Part shown: positions 8,998 to 18,969 of the stretch, piece by piece | Layout of the letters: every line of letters begins with the position of its first letter | How positions within the stretch are numbered: the stretch's first letter is position 1 | Translations under genes and position numbers: made by a program | NCBI GenBank assembly: GCA_051439605.1 | Contig: JBFRWN010000139.1 | Coordinates: forward strand, 1 to 26,334 | DNA from: Synechococcus sp. | GTDB taxonomy: Bacteria > Cyanobacteriota > Cyanobacteriia > Thermostichales > PCC-7336 | DNA length: 26,334 nucleotides | Direction of reading: 5' to 3' | Notes under the pieces: generated by a model | What the model saw: the letters and a program-made list of their open reading frames with translations, nothing else | The model's database searches: none | What the model was told of the DNA's origin: nothing

Positions 8998-9522
8998 ATG
9001 CTTGCTCCAACTCAGCCAGCAAACGATCGCTGCGATCGTCGCTACAAGACCCTAGATATTGCTCTGAAGCGCAACCGCTACCAAGCCGATGCGCTGATTG
9101 AGGTCTTGCACAAGGCACAGGAATCCTTCGGTTACCTCGAAGAGGAAGTGCTGCTGTACATTGCCCGAGCACTGAAGCTTCCCCTCAGTCGAGTGTACGG
9201 GGTGGCATCGTTCTATCACTTGTTCAAATTGTCCCCCGGCGGGGCGCATCGCTGCGTCGTCTGCTTGGGAACTGCCTGCTACGTCAAGGGCTCCGGTCTC
9301 ATTTTGGAACAGTTGGAGGAGACCCTAGGCATTCAGATAGGGGAAACAACACCGGACGGCCAGATCTCTTTATTGACGGCTCGGTGTTTGGGGGCCTGCG
9401 GGATTGCGCCAGCGATGGTGTTGGATGACGAGATCTCCGGACATCAAACTCCTGAATTAGCAGTTAAGGCCATTACAGCTCTGGAGTTAGATCCAGCTGC
9501 AAGCCAGGCAGGAGAGGCATAA
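8998..9522 (+). CDS. hoxE: Bidirectional hydrogenase diaphorase subunit HoxE (NuoE-like, 2Fe-2S)
   Basis: [39 protein letters not shown] and [14 protein letters not shown] 8998 preferred over TTG 8983. Confidence 0.96.
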   Translation: MLAPTQPANDRCDRRYKTLDIALKRNRYQADALIEVLHKAQESFGYLEEEVLLYIARALKLPLSRVYGVASFYHLFKLSPGGAHRCVVCLGTACYVKGSGLILEQLEETLGIQIGETTPDGQISLLTARCLGACGIAPAMVLDDEISGHQTPELAVKAITALELDPAASQAGEA

Positions 9523-9526
9523 CGCG

Positions 9527-11164
9527 ATGGATATTTCGGAACTCTATCAGCTCGCCGAACGGGAACGAGAGCGCCGCAAACCCTACCGCATTCGCTGCTG
9601 CATGGCGGCGGGATGTCAATCTTCGGGGGCAGGGGCGGTGAAGAAAGCCTTGGAAGCAGAGATTTCGAAGGCCGATCTTGAAGATGAAGTGGAGGTTTGC
9701 AGCGTAGGTTGCCTGCGCTTTTGCGGTCACGGGCCGATGGTGGCCACCGATCCCGATGGCGACTTGTACCAGCAGATGACGGCTGAAAATGCCTCCTCGC
9801 TCCCGAGTGCTTTGCAGGGGGGCACTGAGAGTGTCCAACACTGCGATCGCACCCAGCCCTTTTTTGCCGGGCAGCTTCCGATCGTGTTGGAAAATAGCGG
9901 CCAGATCGACCCAGAACGGATCGAAGAATACATCGCCGCCGGAGGATACGAATCCCTCTATCACGCCCTCTACGAAATGACCCCCGAGGAGGTCGTTGCT
10001 GAGATTACCCAAAGCGGACTGCGGGGGAGGGGCGGGGGCGGCTATCCCACGGGATTGAAGTGGGCTACGGTGGCAAAAATGCCGAGGGATCAAAAGTACA
10101 TCATTTGCAATGCCGATGAAGGGGACCCTGGTGCCTTTATGGATCGGAGCGTGTTGGAAAGCGATCCCCATCGCATCCTAGAAGGAATGGCGATTGCGGG
10201 TTACGCCGTGGGCGCGAACCACGGATACATCTACGTCCGAGCCGAGTACCCTCTCGCAATTCAACGCCTCCAAAAAGCAATCCAGCAGGCGAAGAAGTAC
10301 GGGCTACTGGGCAGTCAGATTTTCGAGTCGGGGTATGACTTCAAAATCGATATTCGCATTGGAGCCGGAGCCTTTGTCTGCGGCGAGGAAACGGCCTTGA
10401 TGCATTCCATCGAAGGGGGTCGGGGTAACCCACGGGCTCGTCCCCCCTATCCGGCAGAATCGGGGCTGTGGGGCTGTCCCACACTGATTAACAACGTCGA
10501 GACCTATGCCAATATTGCCCCAATCGTGCGTAACGGAGCCGCTTGGTTTAGCAGCATCGGAACGGAAGGCAGTAAAGGGACGAAGGTGTTCGCTCTGACG
10601 GGAAAAGTTCAAAATACGGGGCTGTTGGAAGTGCCGATGGGGACCACACTGCACCAAATTGTGATGGAAATGGGGGGTGGCGCTTTGGACGGACAGGTGA
10701 AGGCCGTGCAGACGGGGGGACCGTCCGGAGGGTGCATTCCTGCCGATCGGTTTGACATGCCTGTGGACTACGAATCGCTGCAACAGCTCGGCACCATCAT
10801 GGGGTCCGGCGGCGCGATCGTCATGGATGACGCCACCAGCATGGTAGAAATCGCCAAGTTCTATATGGACTTTTGCCGCAATGAAAGCTGTGGTAAGTGC
10901 GTTCCCTGTCGTGCCGGTACCGTCCAGCTCCACGAGCTGCTGACCAAAATTGCCGAATATCGGGCAACAGCCGCCGATTTGAAACAGCTGGAATCCCTTT
11001 GTCACATGGTGAAGGAGATGAGCCTGTGTGGGTTGGGTCAGTCCGCGCCGAATCCGGTATTGAGTACCCTGCGCTACTTCCGAGATGAATATGTAGAACG
11101 GCTGCAGTCAACGGTTCAACAGCCAGCAGCGGTGAAGCGGGAGGAAATCAAGCATGTCCGTTAG
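9527..11164 (+). CDS. hoxF: Bidirectional hydrogenase diaphorase subunit HoxF (NuoF-like; FMN, NAD, Fe-S)
   Basis: N-terminal 2Fe-2S cysteines, [40 protein letters not shown] and [12 protein letters not shown]...SLCGLG. Confidence 0.97.
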   Translation: MDISELYQLAERERERRKPYRIRCCMAAGCQSSGAGAVKKALEAEISKADLEDEVEVCSVGCLRFCGHGPMVATDPDGDLYQQMTAENASSLPSALQGGTESVQHCDRTQPFFAGQLPIVLENSGQIDPERIEEYIAAGGYESLYHALYEMTPEEVVAEITQSGLRGRGGGGYPTGLKWATVAKMPRDQKYIICNADEGDPGAFMDRSVLESDPHRILEGMAIAGYAVGANHGYIYVRAEYPLAIQRLQKAIQQAKKYGLLGSQIFESGYDFKIDIRIGAGAFVCGEETALMHSIEGGRGNPRARPPYPAESGLWGCPTLINNVETYANIAPIVRNGAAWFSSIGTEGSKGTKVFALTGKVQNTGLLEVPMGTTLHQIVMEMGGGALDGQVKAVQTGGPSGGCIPADRFDMPVDYESLQQLGTIMGSGGAIVMDDATSMVEIAKFYMDFCRNESCGKCVPCRAGTVQLHELLTKIAEYRATAADLKQLESLCHMVKEMSLCGLGQSAPNPVLSTLRYFRDEYVERLQSTVQQPAAVKREEIKHVR

Positions 11165-11870
11165 AACTCTCAAAATTGACGGCACCGATGTGGCGATCGA
11201 GCAGGGGGCCACCATCCTGCAGGCGGCTCGGGAAGCCAACATTCACATTCCAACGCTGTGTTATCTGGAAGGGGTCTCTGCGGCGACTGCTTGCCGCATG
11301 TGTCTGGTGGAGGTGAAAGGAAGTCACAAGCTCCTGCCTGCTTGCCAAACGGAGGTAGCGGAAGGGATGGAAGTGAGTAGCAATACCCTGAAGCTGCAAG
11401 AGTTTCGACGCATGAACGTGGAGTTGCTATTTGCGGAAGGCAACCATGTCTGTTCGATCTGTGTGGCCAACGGCAACTGCGAACTCCAGGATCTCGCGGT
11501 CGAATTAGGGATGGATCATTCCCGGTTCGAATATCAGTTTCCAGATCGGTCAGTGGATTTATCCCATCCAGAGTTCGGCATCGACCACAATCGCTGCATT
11601 CTCTGCACTCGCTGCGTCCGCGTTTGTGACGAGATCGAGGGGGCACACGTTTGGGATGTGGCCCAACGGGGCGAACACTGTTTTATTGTCTCGGGGTTGA
11701 ATCAGCCCTGGGGGGAAGTAGATGCCTGTACGTCCTGCGGCAAGTGCGTCGATGCTTGCCCGACAGGGGCGATTTTCCATAAGGACAGCACTACCGGAGA
11801 GAAAGAACGCGATCGCGCTAAGCTGTCGTTTTTGGTGACGGCCAGGGAGAAGCAGCAATGGACGAGATAA
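11154..11870 (+). CDS. hoxU: Bidirectional hydrogenase diaphorase subunit HoxU
   Basis: IPTLC...[35 protein letters not shown] and [15 protein letters not shown]. Overlaps hoxF by 11 nt. Confidence 0.97.
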   Translation: MSVRTLKIDGTDVAIEQGATILQAAREANIHIPTLCYLEGVSAATACRMCLVEVKGSHKLLPACQTEVAEGMEVSSNTLKLQEFRRMNVELLFAEGNHVCSICVANGNCELQDLAVELGMDHSRFEYQFPDRSVDLSHPEFGIDHNRCILCTRCVRVCDEIEGAHVWDVAQRGEHCFIVSGLNQPWGEVDACTSCGKCVDACPTGAIFHKDSTTGEKERDRAKLSFLVTAREKQQWTR

Positions 11871-12439
11871 AGCCAACAGACAAAGTTCCAGCAGACAAAA
11901 TTCGATTCGCAACCGTTTGGTTGGCGGGGTGTTCCGGCTGCCACATGTCGTTTTTGGATTTGGATGAATGGCTGATCGATCTGGCCCAGCAAGTGGACGT
12001 GGTATATAGTCCTGTTGCCTCAGACATCAAGGACTATCCCGAGGATGTGGATGTCTGTTTGGTGGAAGGGGGGGTGGCCAATGAAGAGAATCTGGAATTG
12101 ATACTAAAGGTGCGCGATCGCACCAAAACCCTAATTTCCTTCGGAGACTGTGCCGTAACGGCGAATGTTCCAGCGATGCGCAACATGCTGGGGGGAGCAG
12201 AACCCGTCCTGAAGCGAGGCTACCTGGAGCTAGCGGATACTTCCCCTCAATTGCCCCACGCACCTGGGATTGTGCCGGAATTGTTGGAGCAGGTGTTGCC
12301 CGTCCATCAGGTGGTGCCAGTGGAGATTTACATGCCGGGGTGTCCTCCACCCGCCGATCGCATTCGGGCCACGTTAGAGCCGTTGCTGCGCGGGGAGATA
12401 CCCGTGATGGCAGGGCGCGACATGATTAAGTTCGGCTAG
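11858..12439 (+). CDS. hoxY: Bidirectional [NiFe]-hydrogenase small subunit HoxY
   Basis: [32 protein letters not shown] and PGCPP. Overlaps hoxU by 13 nt. Confidence 0.96.
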   Translation: MDEIKPTDKVPADKIRFATVWLAGCSGCHMSFLDLDEWLIDLAQQVDVVYSPVASDIKDYPEDVDVCLVEGGVANEENLELILKVRDRTKTLISFGDCAVTANVPAMRNMLGGAEPVLKRGYLELADTSPQLPHAPGIVPELLEQVLPVHQVVPVEIYMPGCPPPADRIRATLEPLLRGEIPVMAGRDMIKFG

Positions 12440-12450
12440 GGGAAGCAGCA

Positions 12451-13875
12451 ATGGGTAGAACGATTACAATCGATCCGGTGACCCGCATTGAGGGACATGC
12501 CAAGATCTCCATTCTTCTGGACGATGCTGGCGAAGTATCGGATGCTCGGTTCCACGTGGTGGAGTACCGGGGTTTCGAGAAATTTTGCGAAGGGCGTCCC
12601 TTTACGGAAATGGCTGGGATTACAGCCAGGATCTGCGGCATTTGTCCGGTCAGTCACCTGCTGGCCTCGGCCAAAACCGGCGATAAGATTCTAGCGGTCA
12701 AGATTCCTCCGGCTGCCGAGAAACTAAGGCGGATGATGAATCTGGCCCAACTGACTCAGTCCCACGCCTTGTCCTTTTTCCACCTCAGCAGTCCCGATTT
12801 CTTGTTGGGCTGGGATAGCGATCCAGCCAAGCGGAATGTGTTCGGGCTAATTGCATCCAACCCGGATTTAGCGCGGGCTGGCATTCGTCTGCGGCAGTTT
12901 GGGCAAACAGTCATCGAGAAATTGGGGGGTCGTAAAGTTCATGCGGCCTGGACCGTACCAGGGGGGGTGCGATCGCCACTATCCCAAGAGGATCGCCAGT
13001 GGATTGCCGATCGCCTGCCAGAAGCCTTCGAGACTGTGGGATTGGCCCTGGACTTGTTTAAGGAGATGTTGGACGAGCAGTTGCAAGCGGAAATCGATAT
13101 TTTCGGGCAATTCCCCACTTTATATATGGGCTTGGTTGGCCCCAATGGCGAATGGGAGCATTACGATGGTCGGCTGCGGTTCACCGATAGTGAGGGAACC
13201 ATCGTCGCGGATGGCCTCAGCGAGGACGACTACCAGCATTTTCTGGGGGAGGCGGTGGAACCGTGGTCCTATCTGAAATTCCCCTACTACCGGCCGATGG
13301 GGTACCCCGATGGCATTTATCGGGTGGGGCCTCTGGCGCGGTTGAATGTTTGTCGGGAGATCGGGACGGAAGCCGCCGATCGCGAATTACAGGAACTACG
13401 CGATCGCACTGGGGGTGTTGCCACCTCCTCCTTCATGTACCACTATGCCCGTCTGATTGAGGTTCTGGCTTGCCTGGAGAAGATCCAAGCTTTGCTGGAC
13501 GACCCCGATATTCTGTCGCAGCGGTGTCGTGCCAGAGGAGGAGTGAACCAGCTGGATGTCGTCGGCGTTAGCGAAGCACCACGGGGGACGTTATTTCACC
13601 ATTACCGCGTGGATGAAAACGGCATGATTGAAAAAGTAAACCTGATTATTGCTACGGGGCAAAACAACTTGGCCATGAACAAAACAGTGGCCCAAATTGC
13701 CAAGCATTACATTCACGGAGACAACATTCCCGAAGGGGTGCTGAATCGGGTCGAGGCGGGTATCCGTTGCTTCGATCCCTGTCTGTCCTGCTCTACCCAT
13801 GCTGTCGGACAGATGCCCTTGCACCTGCAGCTACTGAGTGCAGATGGTCGCATTCTAGACGAGGTATTCCGATGA
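12451..13875 (+). CDS. hoxH: Bidirectional [NiFe]-hydrogenase large subunit HoxH (group 3d)
   Basis: PVTRIEGH, L1 motif [21 protein letters not shown] and L2 motif DPCLSCSTH followed by a 24-aa cleavable tail. Confidence 0.98.
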   Translation: MGRTITIDPVTRIEGHAKISILLDDAGEVSDARFHVVEYRGFEKFCEGRPFTEMAGITARICGICPVSHLLASAKTGDKILAVKIPPAAEKLRRMMNLAQLTQSHALSFFHLSSPDFLLGWDSDPAKRNVFGLIASNPDLARAGIRLRQFGQTVIEKLGGRKVHAAWTVPGGVRSPLSQEDRQWIADRLPEAFETVGLALDLFKEMLDEQLQAEIDIFGQFPTLYMGLVGPNGEWEHYDGRLRFTDSEGTIVADGLSEDDYQHFLGEAVEPWSYLKFPYYRPMGYPDGIYRVGPLARLNVCREIGTEAADRELQELRDRTGGVATSSFMYHYARLIEVLACLEKIQALLDDPDILSQRCRARGGVNQLDVVGVSEAPRGTLFHHYRVDENGMIEKVNLIIATGQNNLAMNKTVAQIAKHYIHGDNIPEGVLNRVEAGIRCFDPCLSCSTHAVGQMPLHLQLLSADGRILDEVFR

Positions 13876-14318
13876 AACTTCTGGCTATTGGATACGGAAA
13901 TCGCCTTAGGGGGGACGATGGTGTCGGGCCACTGGTGGCCGAACGGGTGGCGGCCCGGCATTGGCCACAGGTGAGATCGCTCTCGGTGCATCAACTCACA
14001 CCAGAGCTAGCTGCCGAGATCGCCGATGCCGACGTGGTCTGGTTTGTAGATGCTTGGGCAAACGGCAACGAACTGATTCTCCAGAAGTTATCCGCCAACG
14101 CGACTACGACTTCACTGAATCACGGTTGGAGTCCCAGCATCCTGTTGCATCTGGCCAAATCCCTCTACGGTGCCGAGCCAGTGGCTTACCAACTCTTGAT
14201 TCCAGCTATCCAATTCGACTATGGTGAAACCCTCTCCGCAATCGCCTGTAGCGGTGTCAAGTGGGCGGTGCGGGCGATCGCCGCTTCGGTAGAAGAGGGC
14301 ACATATTGCTATGCATGA
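13872..14318 (+). CDS. hoxW: Hydrogenase maturation endopeptidase HoxW
   Basis: [27 protein letters not shown] and VWFVDA. ATG 13872 forms an ATGA overlap with the hoxH stop; the track start 13767 lies inside hoxH. Confidence 0.9.
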   Translation: MKLLAIGYGNRLRGDDGVGPLVAERVAARHWPQVRSLSVHQLTPELAAEIADADVVWFVDAWANGNELILQKLSANATTTSLNHGWSPSILLHLAKSLYGAEPVAYQLLIPAIQFDYGETLSAIACSGVKWAVRAIAASVEEGTYCYA

Positions 14319-14652
14319 AGTGGGTCTAATGGAGAATGCTCTGGCGATCGCTCTGGACTACGCAACTCGCGAACAGGCCGAGCGCATCAACAAGCTCTCT
14401 ATGCGGGTGGGGACATTGTCTGGAGTGGAGCCAGACGCCCTGCGATTTGCCTTTGACATTGTTACCCAAAACACGATCGCCGAAGGTGCCCAATTAGACA
14501 TCGAATACTGCGCAACCCGTTGCTATTGCGCCACCTGTCAAAGTGAATTTGAGCCAGTCGAGATGGGCTACGACTGTCCCGTCTGTCACACCTGGAGTAG
14601 TTCAATTTTGCAGGGCAAAGAACTTGAACTAGCCTCTCTAGAGGTGTCCTAA
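14311..14652 (+). CDS. hypA: Hydrogenase nickel metallochaperone HypA
   Basis: MHE N-terminus, [20 protein letters not shown] and CPVC zinc sites, GKELEL. Confidence 0.96.
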   Translation: MHEVGLMENALAIALDYATREQAERINKLSMRVGTLSGVEPDALRFAFDIVTQNTIAEGAQLDIEYCATRCYCATCQSEFEPVEMGYDCPVCHTWSSSILQGKELELASLEVS

Positions 14653-15401
14653 TGTGTACCGATTGCGGCTGTAGCGAGGTCAAATCCATGTTGCTGGAGG
14701 GGGTTGAGATCGTCCAGCATTCCCACGACCGTTCCCCCCATACCCTCGAAGTTCACCAGCGGTTGCTTTCTAAGAACGATCGCTTCGCCCAACAAAATCG
14801 CGATCGCCTGCAGTCGTTGGGGCTGCTGACCCTCAACATCATGTCGTCCCCCGGTTCTGGGAAGACGGCTTTAATCGAGCGGACTGCCGAGCTGTTGGCC
14901 CTAGAAGGTAAGCGGGTGGGGGCGATTGTGGGGGACTTAGCCACAGAAAACGATGCGCGACGGCTGCGCTCTGCTGGGGCAATAGCGCTGCAAATTACCA
15001 CTGGCACCGCCTGCCATCTGGAAGCAGAGGCCATCTCCCACGCCCTCTCCCACCTGCATTTAGACGAGCTGGATTTGCTGGCGATCGAGAATGTTGGCAA
15101 TTTGGTTTGCCCCGCCGCCTACGACTTGGGGGAAACGCTGCGGGTGGTGTTGCTGTCGGTCACGGAAGGGGAAGACAAACCGCTGAAATATCCCACGGCT
15201 TTTCAGTCGGCGGATGTGGTCGTCCTGACGAAAACCGATATTGCCGAAGCAGTCAGGTTTGACCGGGAAACGGCGATCGCCAACATTCACCGCATGGCTC
15301 CCCAAGCAAAGGTGTTCGAACTATCGGCTCGCACCGGCGCGGGAATAAGCAACTGGTTGGAGTTTCTGCAATCGCATCTACCCCAAAAGCAATTCTTATA
15401 G
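14652..15401 (+). CDS. hypB: Hydrogenase nickel incorporation GTPase HypB
   Basis: [43 protein letters not shown] and TKTD. TAATG overlap with hypA. Confidence 0.96.
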   Translation: MCTDCGCSEVKSMLLEGVEIVQHSHDRSPHTLEVHQRLLSKNDRFAQQNRDRLQSLGLLTLNIMSSPGSGKTALIERTAELLALEGKRVGAIVGDLATENDARRLRSAGAIALQITTGTACHLEAEAISHALSHLHLDELDLLAIENVGNLVCPAAYDLGETLRVVLLSVTEGEDKPLKYPTAFQSADVVVLTKTDIAEAVRFDRETAIANIHRMAPQAKVFELSARTGAGISNWLEFLQSHLPQKQFL

Positions 15402-15490
15402 ATTCAGCAATGACGGGTCCTGCCCCGATAGGACTAAAGTAAATACAACTTCAGCGGCTGCGCCTGCGGGTGCAGGAGATGGTTCAGGAT

Positions 15491-16162
15491 TTACCAAACA
15501 CCCGGAAACAAGCGATACCGAACTCGCGCAGCATATTCAGGGTAACCGGGCAGCTCGGCATGCAAAGTGCGATCTTCCAGTTCTGTGCGGATCGCGATTC
15601 CAACCACCGCGAGTAAGGCAGGGATAATGGCCCAGGCTGATGCGAGTAAGAAGGGGGTCGAGAATATCCAGCCAGCAAATCCTAAATAGCCAGGATGACG
15701 CACGTAGGCGTAAGGGCCAGTGTCGATGACTCGATGGTCAAACTCTATTTGGATACGGACCGTCTTCTCAAAGAACGGGTTTACAACCATGGCCCAAGTA
15801 AACATGGCTGCCCCCGGGATAAAGATCGCGATGCCGAGTAGCCATGCTATTCCAGGCAAGCTCGAGATACCGTCACGAGCATCTAGTCCGGCAACAACGT
15901 AGACTGCGACAGTCACAGGGGTATAAAGCACGGCCCAAATCTTGTCCCAAGTTTTTGTCCCCTTCCCAAAGCGCATGCGTCTCTCGATCAAATCAGGGTT
16001 CCAGCGCAAGAGACACCACCAGCAGATACCAAAGTTGATGAGGATTATTGCTATATACATCCAACCAAACGACCAGCTCAGCCTACCTGCGGGCAGGAAG
16101 ACAAGCACCGCGAAGATAAGGATCGTGGCGACAAAAGCTAAGTAGATGCGGGTTCTAGACAT
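15491..16162 (-). CDS. Isoprenylcysteine carboxyl methyltransferase (ICMT/STE14) family membrane protein
   Basis: Multiple TM segments, HRVIDTGPYAYVRHPGY and EDRTLHAELPGYPEYAARVRYRLFPGVW. ATG 16162 preferred over GTG 16186. Confidence 0.88.
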   Translation of the reverse strand: MSRTRIYLAFVATILIFAVLVFLPAGRLSWSFGWMYIAIILINFGICWWCLLRWNPDLIERRMRFGKGTKTWDKIWAVLYTPVTVAVYVVAGLDARDGISSLPGIAWLLGIAIFIPGAAMFTWAMVVNPFFEKTVRIQIEFDHRVIDTGPYAYVRHPGYLGFAGWIFSTPFLLASAWAIIPALLAVVGIAIRTELEDRTLHAELPGYPEYAARVRYRLFPGVW

Positions 16163-16367
16163 AGGATTCGTAGAAGCAGATACCACCGTCTGGGCCTAAC
16201 AATTCTTCTCCATTCCCGTGGGTGTGGTCTGAGAAGTCACTGCCTGGAGCGTAACGCACCAACAAAGGGGCAAAGGAGCCAAGCCATATAGAATTGCTAT
16301 GGCGGCCAACATCAGCTGAACAATTTCTGAGCAGCTTTTTAGCGATCGCCATTTCCGTTAGGCCGCT

Positions 16368-17429
16368 TTAAAACTTCTGCCGTAGCAATCCATCGCACAG
16401 GCGACTCACATCCTGCATCTGGGCCACATCGTGTACCCGCAATAGGTCTGCCCCCTGTGCGATTGCAACAGCGCAGGCGGCACCGGTGCCCCAAACGCGA
16501 TCGCCGGGGTCTGGGCGATCGAGGATTTTGCCAATAAAACTTTTACGAGAGACTCCAACGAGCATCGGACAGCCCAAGCTGCGAAATTCCTTTCCCCTAG
16601 CAATCAAGCTGAGGTTGTGATCGACAGTCTTACCAAACCCAATGCCGGGGTCAATTACAATGCGATTGCGGGAAATACCTGCTGCTTGCGCTGCTGCAAT
16701 TCTGTCCGCGAAGTAATCGTAAACGTCGTCAATCACATCCCTGTAGGTTGGATTCGCCTGCATGGTACGGGGGGTGCCCTGCATATGCATCAACATGACA
16801 GGCACCTTAAGGCGGGCGGCAGTTGGCAACATCTCGGCATCGAGCAAACCCGCCGAAATATCGTTGAGAATATCTGCGCCTGCGGCAATCGCCGCCTCCA
16901 GCACCTTCGCTTTCGTTGTATCAACGGAGATCGGAATCGTTGTCAGCTGGCGCAACGCTCGAATCACTGGCACCACTCGTTGAATCTCCTCCTCTAGCGG
17001 AACCGCATCAGCGCCCGGTCGGCTAGACTCTCCGCCAATATCGAGCATGTCTGCCCCCGATTCAATCAGGTAGAGAGCACGAGCAACCGCTTGGTCCAGA
17101 CAGTTGTACTGACCACCGTCGCTAAAGCTGTCAGGGGTGATGTTGAGTACTCCCATCAAATAGGTGCGCTCTCCCCATTGAAAGGTATGCTCTCGGAACG
17201 TCCAAGGACTTGGGGGGGATTGATATCCGGAGATAGCGTCAAGCAGTGCTGGCGGCAACCCGCTAATCTGAGAATCGCGCACCCAGGCGTAGCTTCCTGT
17301 CTCTGAGCAGACCCAGTCGAGATCGGAGGGAAGGGACAGGAAATCACCCGATTTGTTAGGGGAAGGCCAAGCATACACTTGAAAGCCCCCTGGAGGGTAT
17401 GGCAAATGAGCAGTAACTCGAAAGCGCAT
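16368..17429 (-). CDS. folP: Dihydropteroate synthase with an N-terminal extension
   Basis: MGVLNITPDSFSDGG, DIGGESSRPG, ISVDT, NDISAG, DPGIGFGK, GVSRKSFIG and RVHDV. Start uncertain (ATG 17429 or 17468). Confidence 0.95.
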   Translation of the reverse strand: MRFRVTAHLPYPPGGFQVYAWPSPNKSGDFLSLPSDLDWVCSETGSYAWVRDSQISGLPPALLDAISGYQSPPSPWTFREHTFQWGERTYLMGVLNITPDSFSDGGQYNCLDQAVARALYLIESGADMLDIGGESSRPGADAVPLEEEIQRVVPVIRALRQLTTIPISVDTTKAKVLEAAIAAGADILNDISAGLLDAEMLPTAARLKVPVMLMHMQGTPRTMQANPTYRDVIDDVYDYFADRIAAAQAAGISRNRIVIDPGIGFGKTVDHNLSLIARGKEFRSLGCPMLVGVSRKSFIGKILDRPDPGDRVWGTGAACAVAIAQGADLLRVHDVAQMQDVSRLCDGLLRQKF

Positions 17430-17683
17430 AGCTGCAACTATCTTCGGTGCCCGCCAATGGTATCGCATGGGCTTGGGTAGAAGTTGCGCTCCGCGAGATC
17501 GAGCATCTTCCCGGCAACTGGGATAGGTTGATAGTCTCTTATCTATTTTGTAGTGTGTAAAACTCCATCAAGCCCTGCCAGTAGTTATTGGGAATAGTTT
17601 AGTAACTGGGTTCGACAGGGCTGTGACTGGCCTGCATAGCCATTCCACTGAGATACTCACTATTGCCAGCGGAGATTGATTAG

Positions 17684-18484
17684 GTGAATGCCATTGCTCT
17701 AAAAAACGAACCCTTTTTGCTGGAGTCCAACAGCGATCGCGCCTGCCTGCTCCTCCATGGTTTAGGAGGCGGTGTTTACGAAATGCAACTCTTAGGGCAA
17801 GTGTTACACCAACACGGCCTGACCGTATGCGGCATCAACTATCCCGGCCACGATCGCCCCGCAGTCAAAATGCCCCGATCCACCTGGCAGGAATGGTTCA
17901 GCCATATTCACAGCACCTACAAGCAGCTCGCTCAAACCCATCGCCAGATTTCTGTGGTGGGTTTTTCCACCGGCTGCCCCCTGGCCTTGCATTTAGCGAA
18001 TATAGAGCCTGATTGTTCGAACCGTGAACCCTCAGATGTTATCGATCGCCTGATACTGCTCGGCCCCTACCTCAAACTGCGCTACCGCTGGTACTTTGGC
18101 TTCCCGCTAGAGACTTACATCCAGACTGTCGGTCAATTCATCGAAGATCTCCCCCGTCTTTCCCTACCGATCCGCGATCGCCAAATGGAATCTGTCGCCC
18201 GACAAGCGTCCTTTTTTCAGAGTTTTAACCTGCAAGCAGTTCGCAGTGCAATGGAACTAATCGAAACGAAGGCTAAACCTGCCATCCCCAATATTCGAAT
18301 TCCCACCCTGATTGTTCAGGCCACCGGCGATCGGGTCGTTGACCCTTCCGGGGCGCAATATCTCTACGACACGCTCCCTTCCCCCAACAAGAAGCTGGTG
18401 TGGCTGCCAAAGTCAGATCACATCATTCCTCTAGACCTAGAACGCGAGAGGGTGTTTTCGGAGGTAGCGGAATTCCTCGTCTAG
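17684..18484 (+). CDS. Alpha/beta hydrolase (carboxylesterase/monoacylglycerol lipase-like)
   Basis: Oxyanion motif LLLHGLGG, YPGH, nucleophile elbow GFSTG, acid in DRVVD and His in SDHII. Confidence 0.9.
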   Translation: MNAIALKNEPFLLESNSDRACLLLHGLGGGVYEMQLLGQVLHQHGLTVCGINYPGHDRPAVKMPRSTWQEWFSHIHSTYKQLAQTHRQISVVGFSTGCPLALHLANIEPDCSNREPSDVIDRLILLGPYLKLRYRWYFGFPLETYIQTVGQFIEDLPRLSLPIRDRQMESVARQASFFQSFNLQAVRSAMELIETKAKPAIPNIRIPTLIVQATGDRVVDPSGAQYLYDTLPSPNKKLVWLPKSDHIIPLDLERERVFSEVAEFLV

Positions 18485-18969
18485 CCACTCAGGTGGCTAC
18501 TCCATTGTGAATGGGGGCTCGGACCATCTAGGTTGGGTCTACATGCACTAATGCCAACCATGCGGGAACACTGACGTTAGCAGGATCAACCGTAGTCTCA
18601 GGCGGCATTTAGTTCATCACGAACAAATCATAAGCAGCTATCAGTGCGGTATTGCACCCTCTGGTCTGATGAAACTGCGGCCCACAAATGCGGGTCACCC
18701 TCCCTATAGTTGAAGCAGATGAAACGTTGTGATGAGCTTAAATACGTTCCAAATTGCTTTTGGACACGCTGTAGTTGTTGGAATATTTGTAGTCGTTGCA
18801 GTCTCTGTTTGAACAGCCACTCTAGTTCAAACCCTTCCTTGAGTTCCCCGATGGACTCGATCGGTCTTGTACTCGCGGGTCTTCCGCATGCCACTTTCAT
18901 AGCCCTTAGACCTGCGATTTCAGGTCCCGTTTCAACGTAAATCCCTTTACCCGTCACCACGAGGATTAC

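Noticed and set aside
9473..11005. Long antisense ORFs 9473..10171 and 10304..11005
   Set aside because: Shadow frames of hoxF; the same applies to the many short antisense ORFs inside other assigned genes.
12961..12967. G7 homopolymer in hoxH as a phase-variation or frameshift site
   Set aside because: The frame is intact and the run simply encodes the Gly-Gly-Val of PGGV.
13767..13871. N-terminal extension of HoxW implied by the ORF track
   Set aside because: It lies within hoxH; ATG 13872 gives the canonical N-terminus and an ATGA overlap.
16368..17429. folP as a mobile sul-type resistance gene, given the adjacent attC-like ends
   Set aside because: It has a cyanobacterial-type WGERTY start region, an internal HIP1 site, and SRKSFIG without a sul-type insertion; no integrase is present.
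18710..18940. Cys-rich 76-aa ORF as a RiPP precursor or metallothionein
   Set aside because: No leader motif or modifying enzymes nearby; the Cys codons mirror CAA/ACA-rich sequence on the opposite strand.
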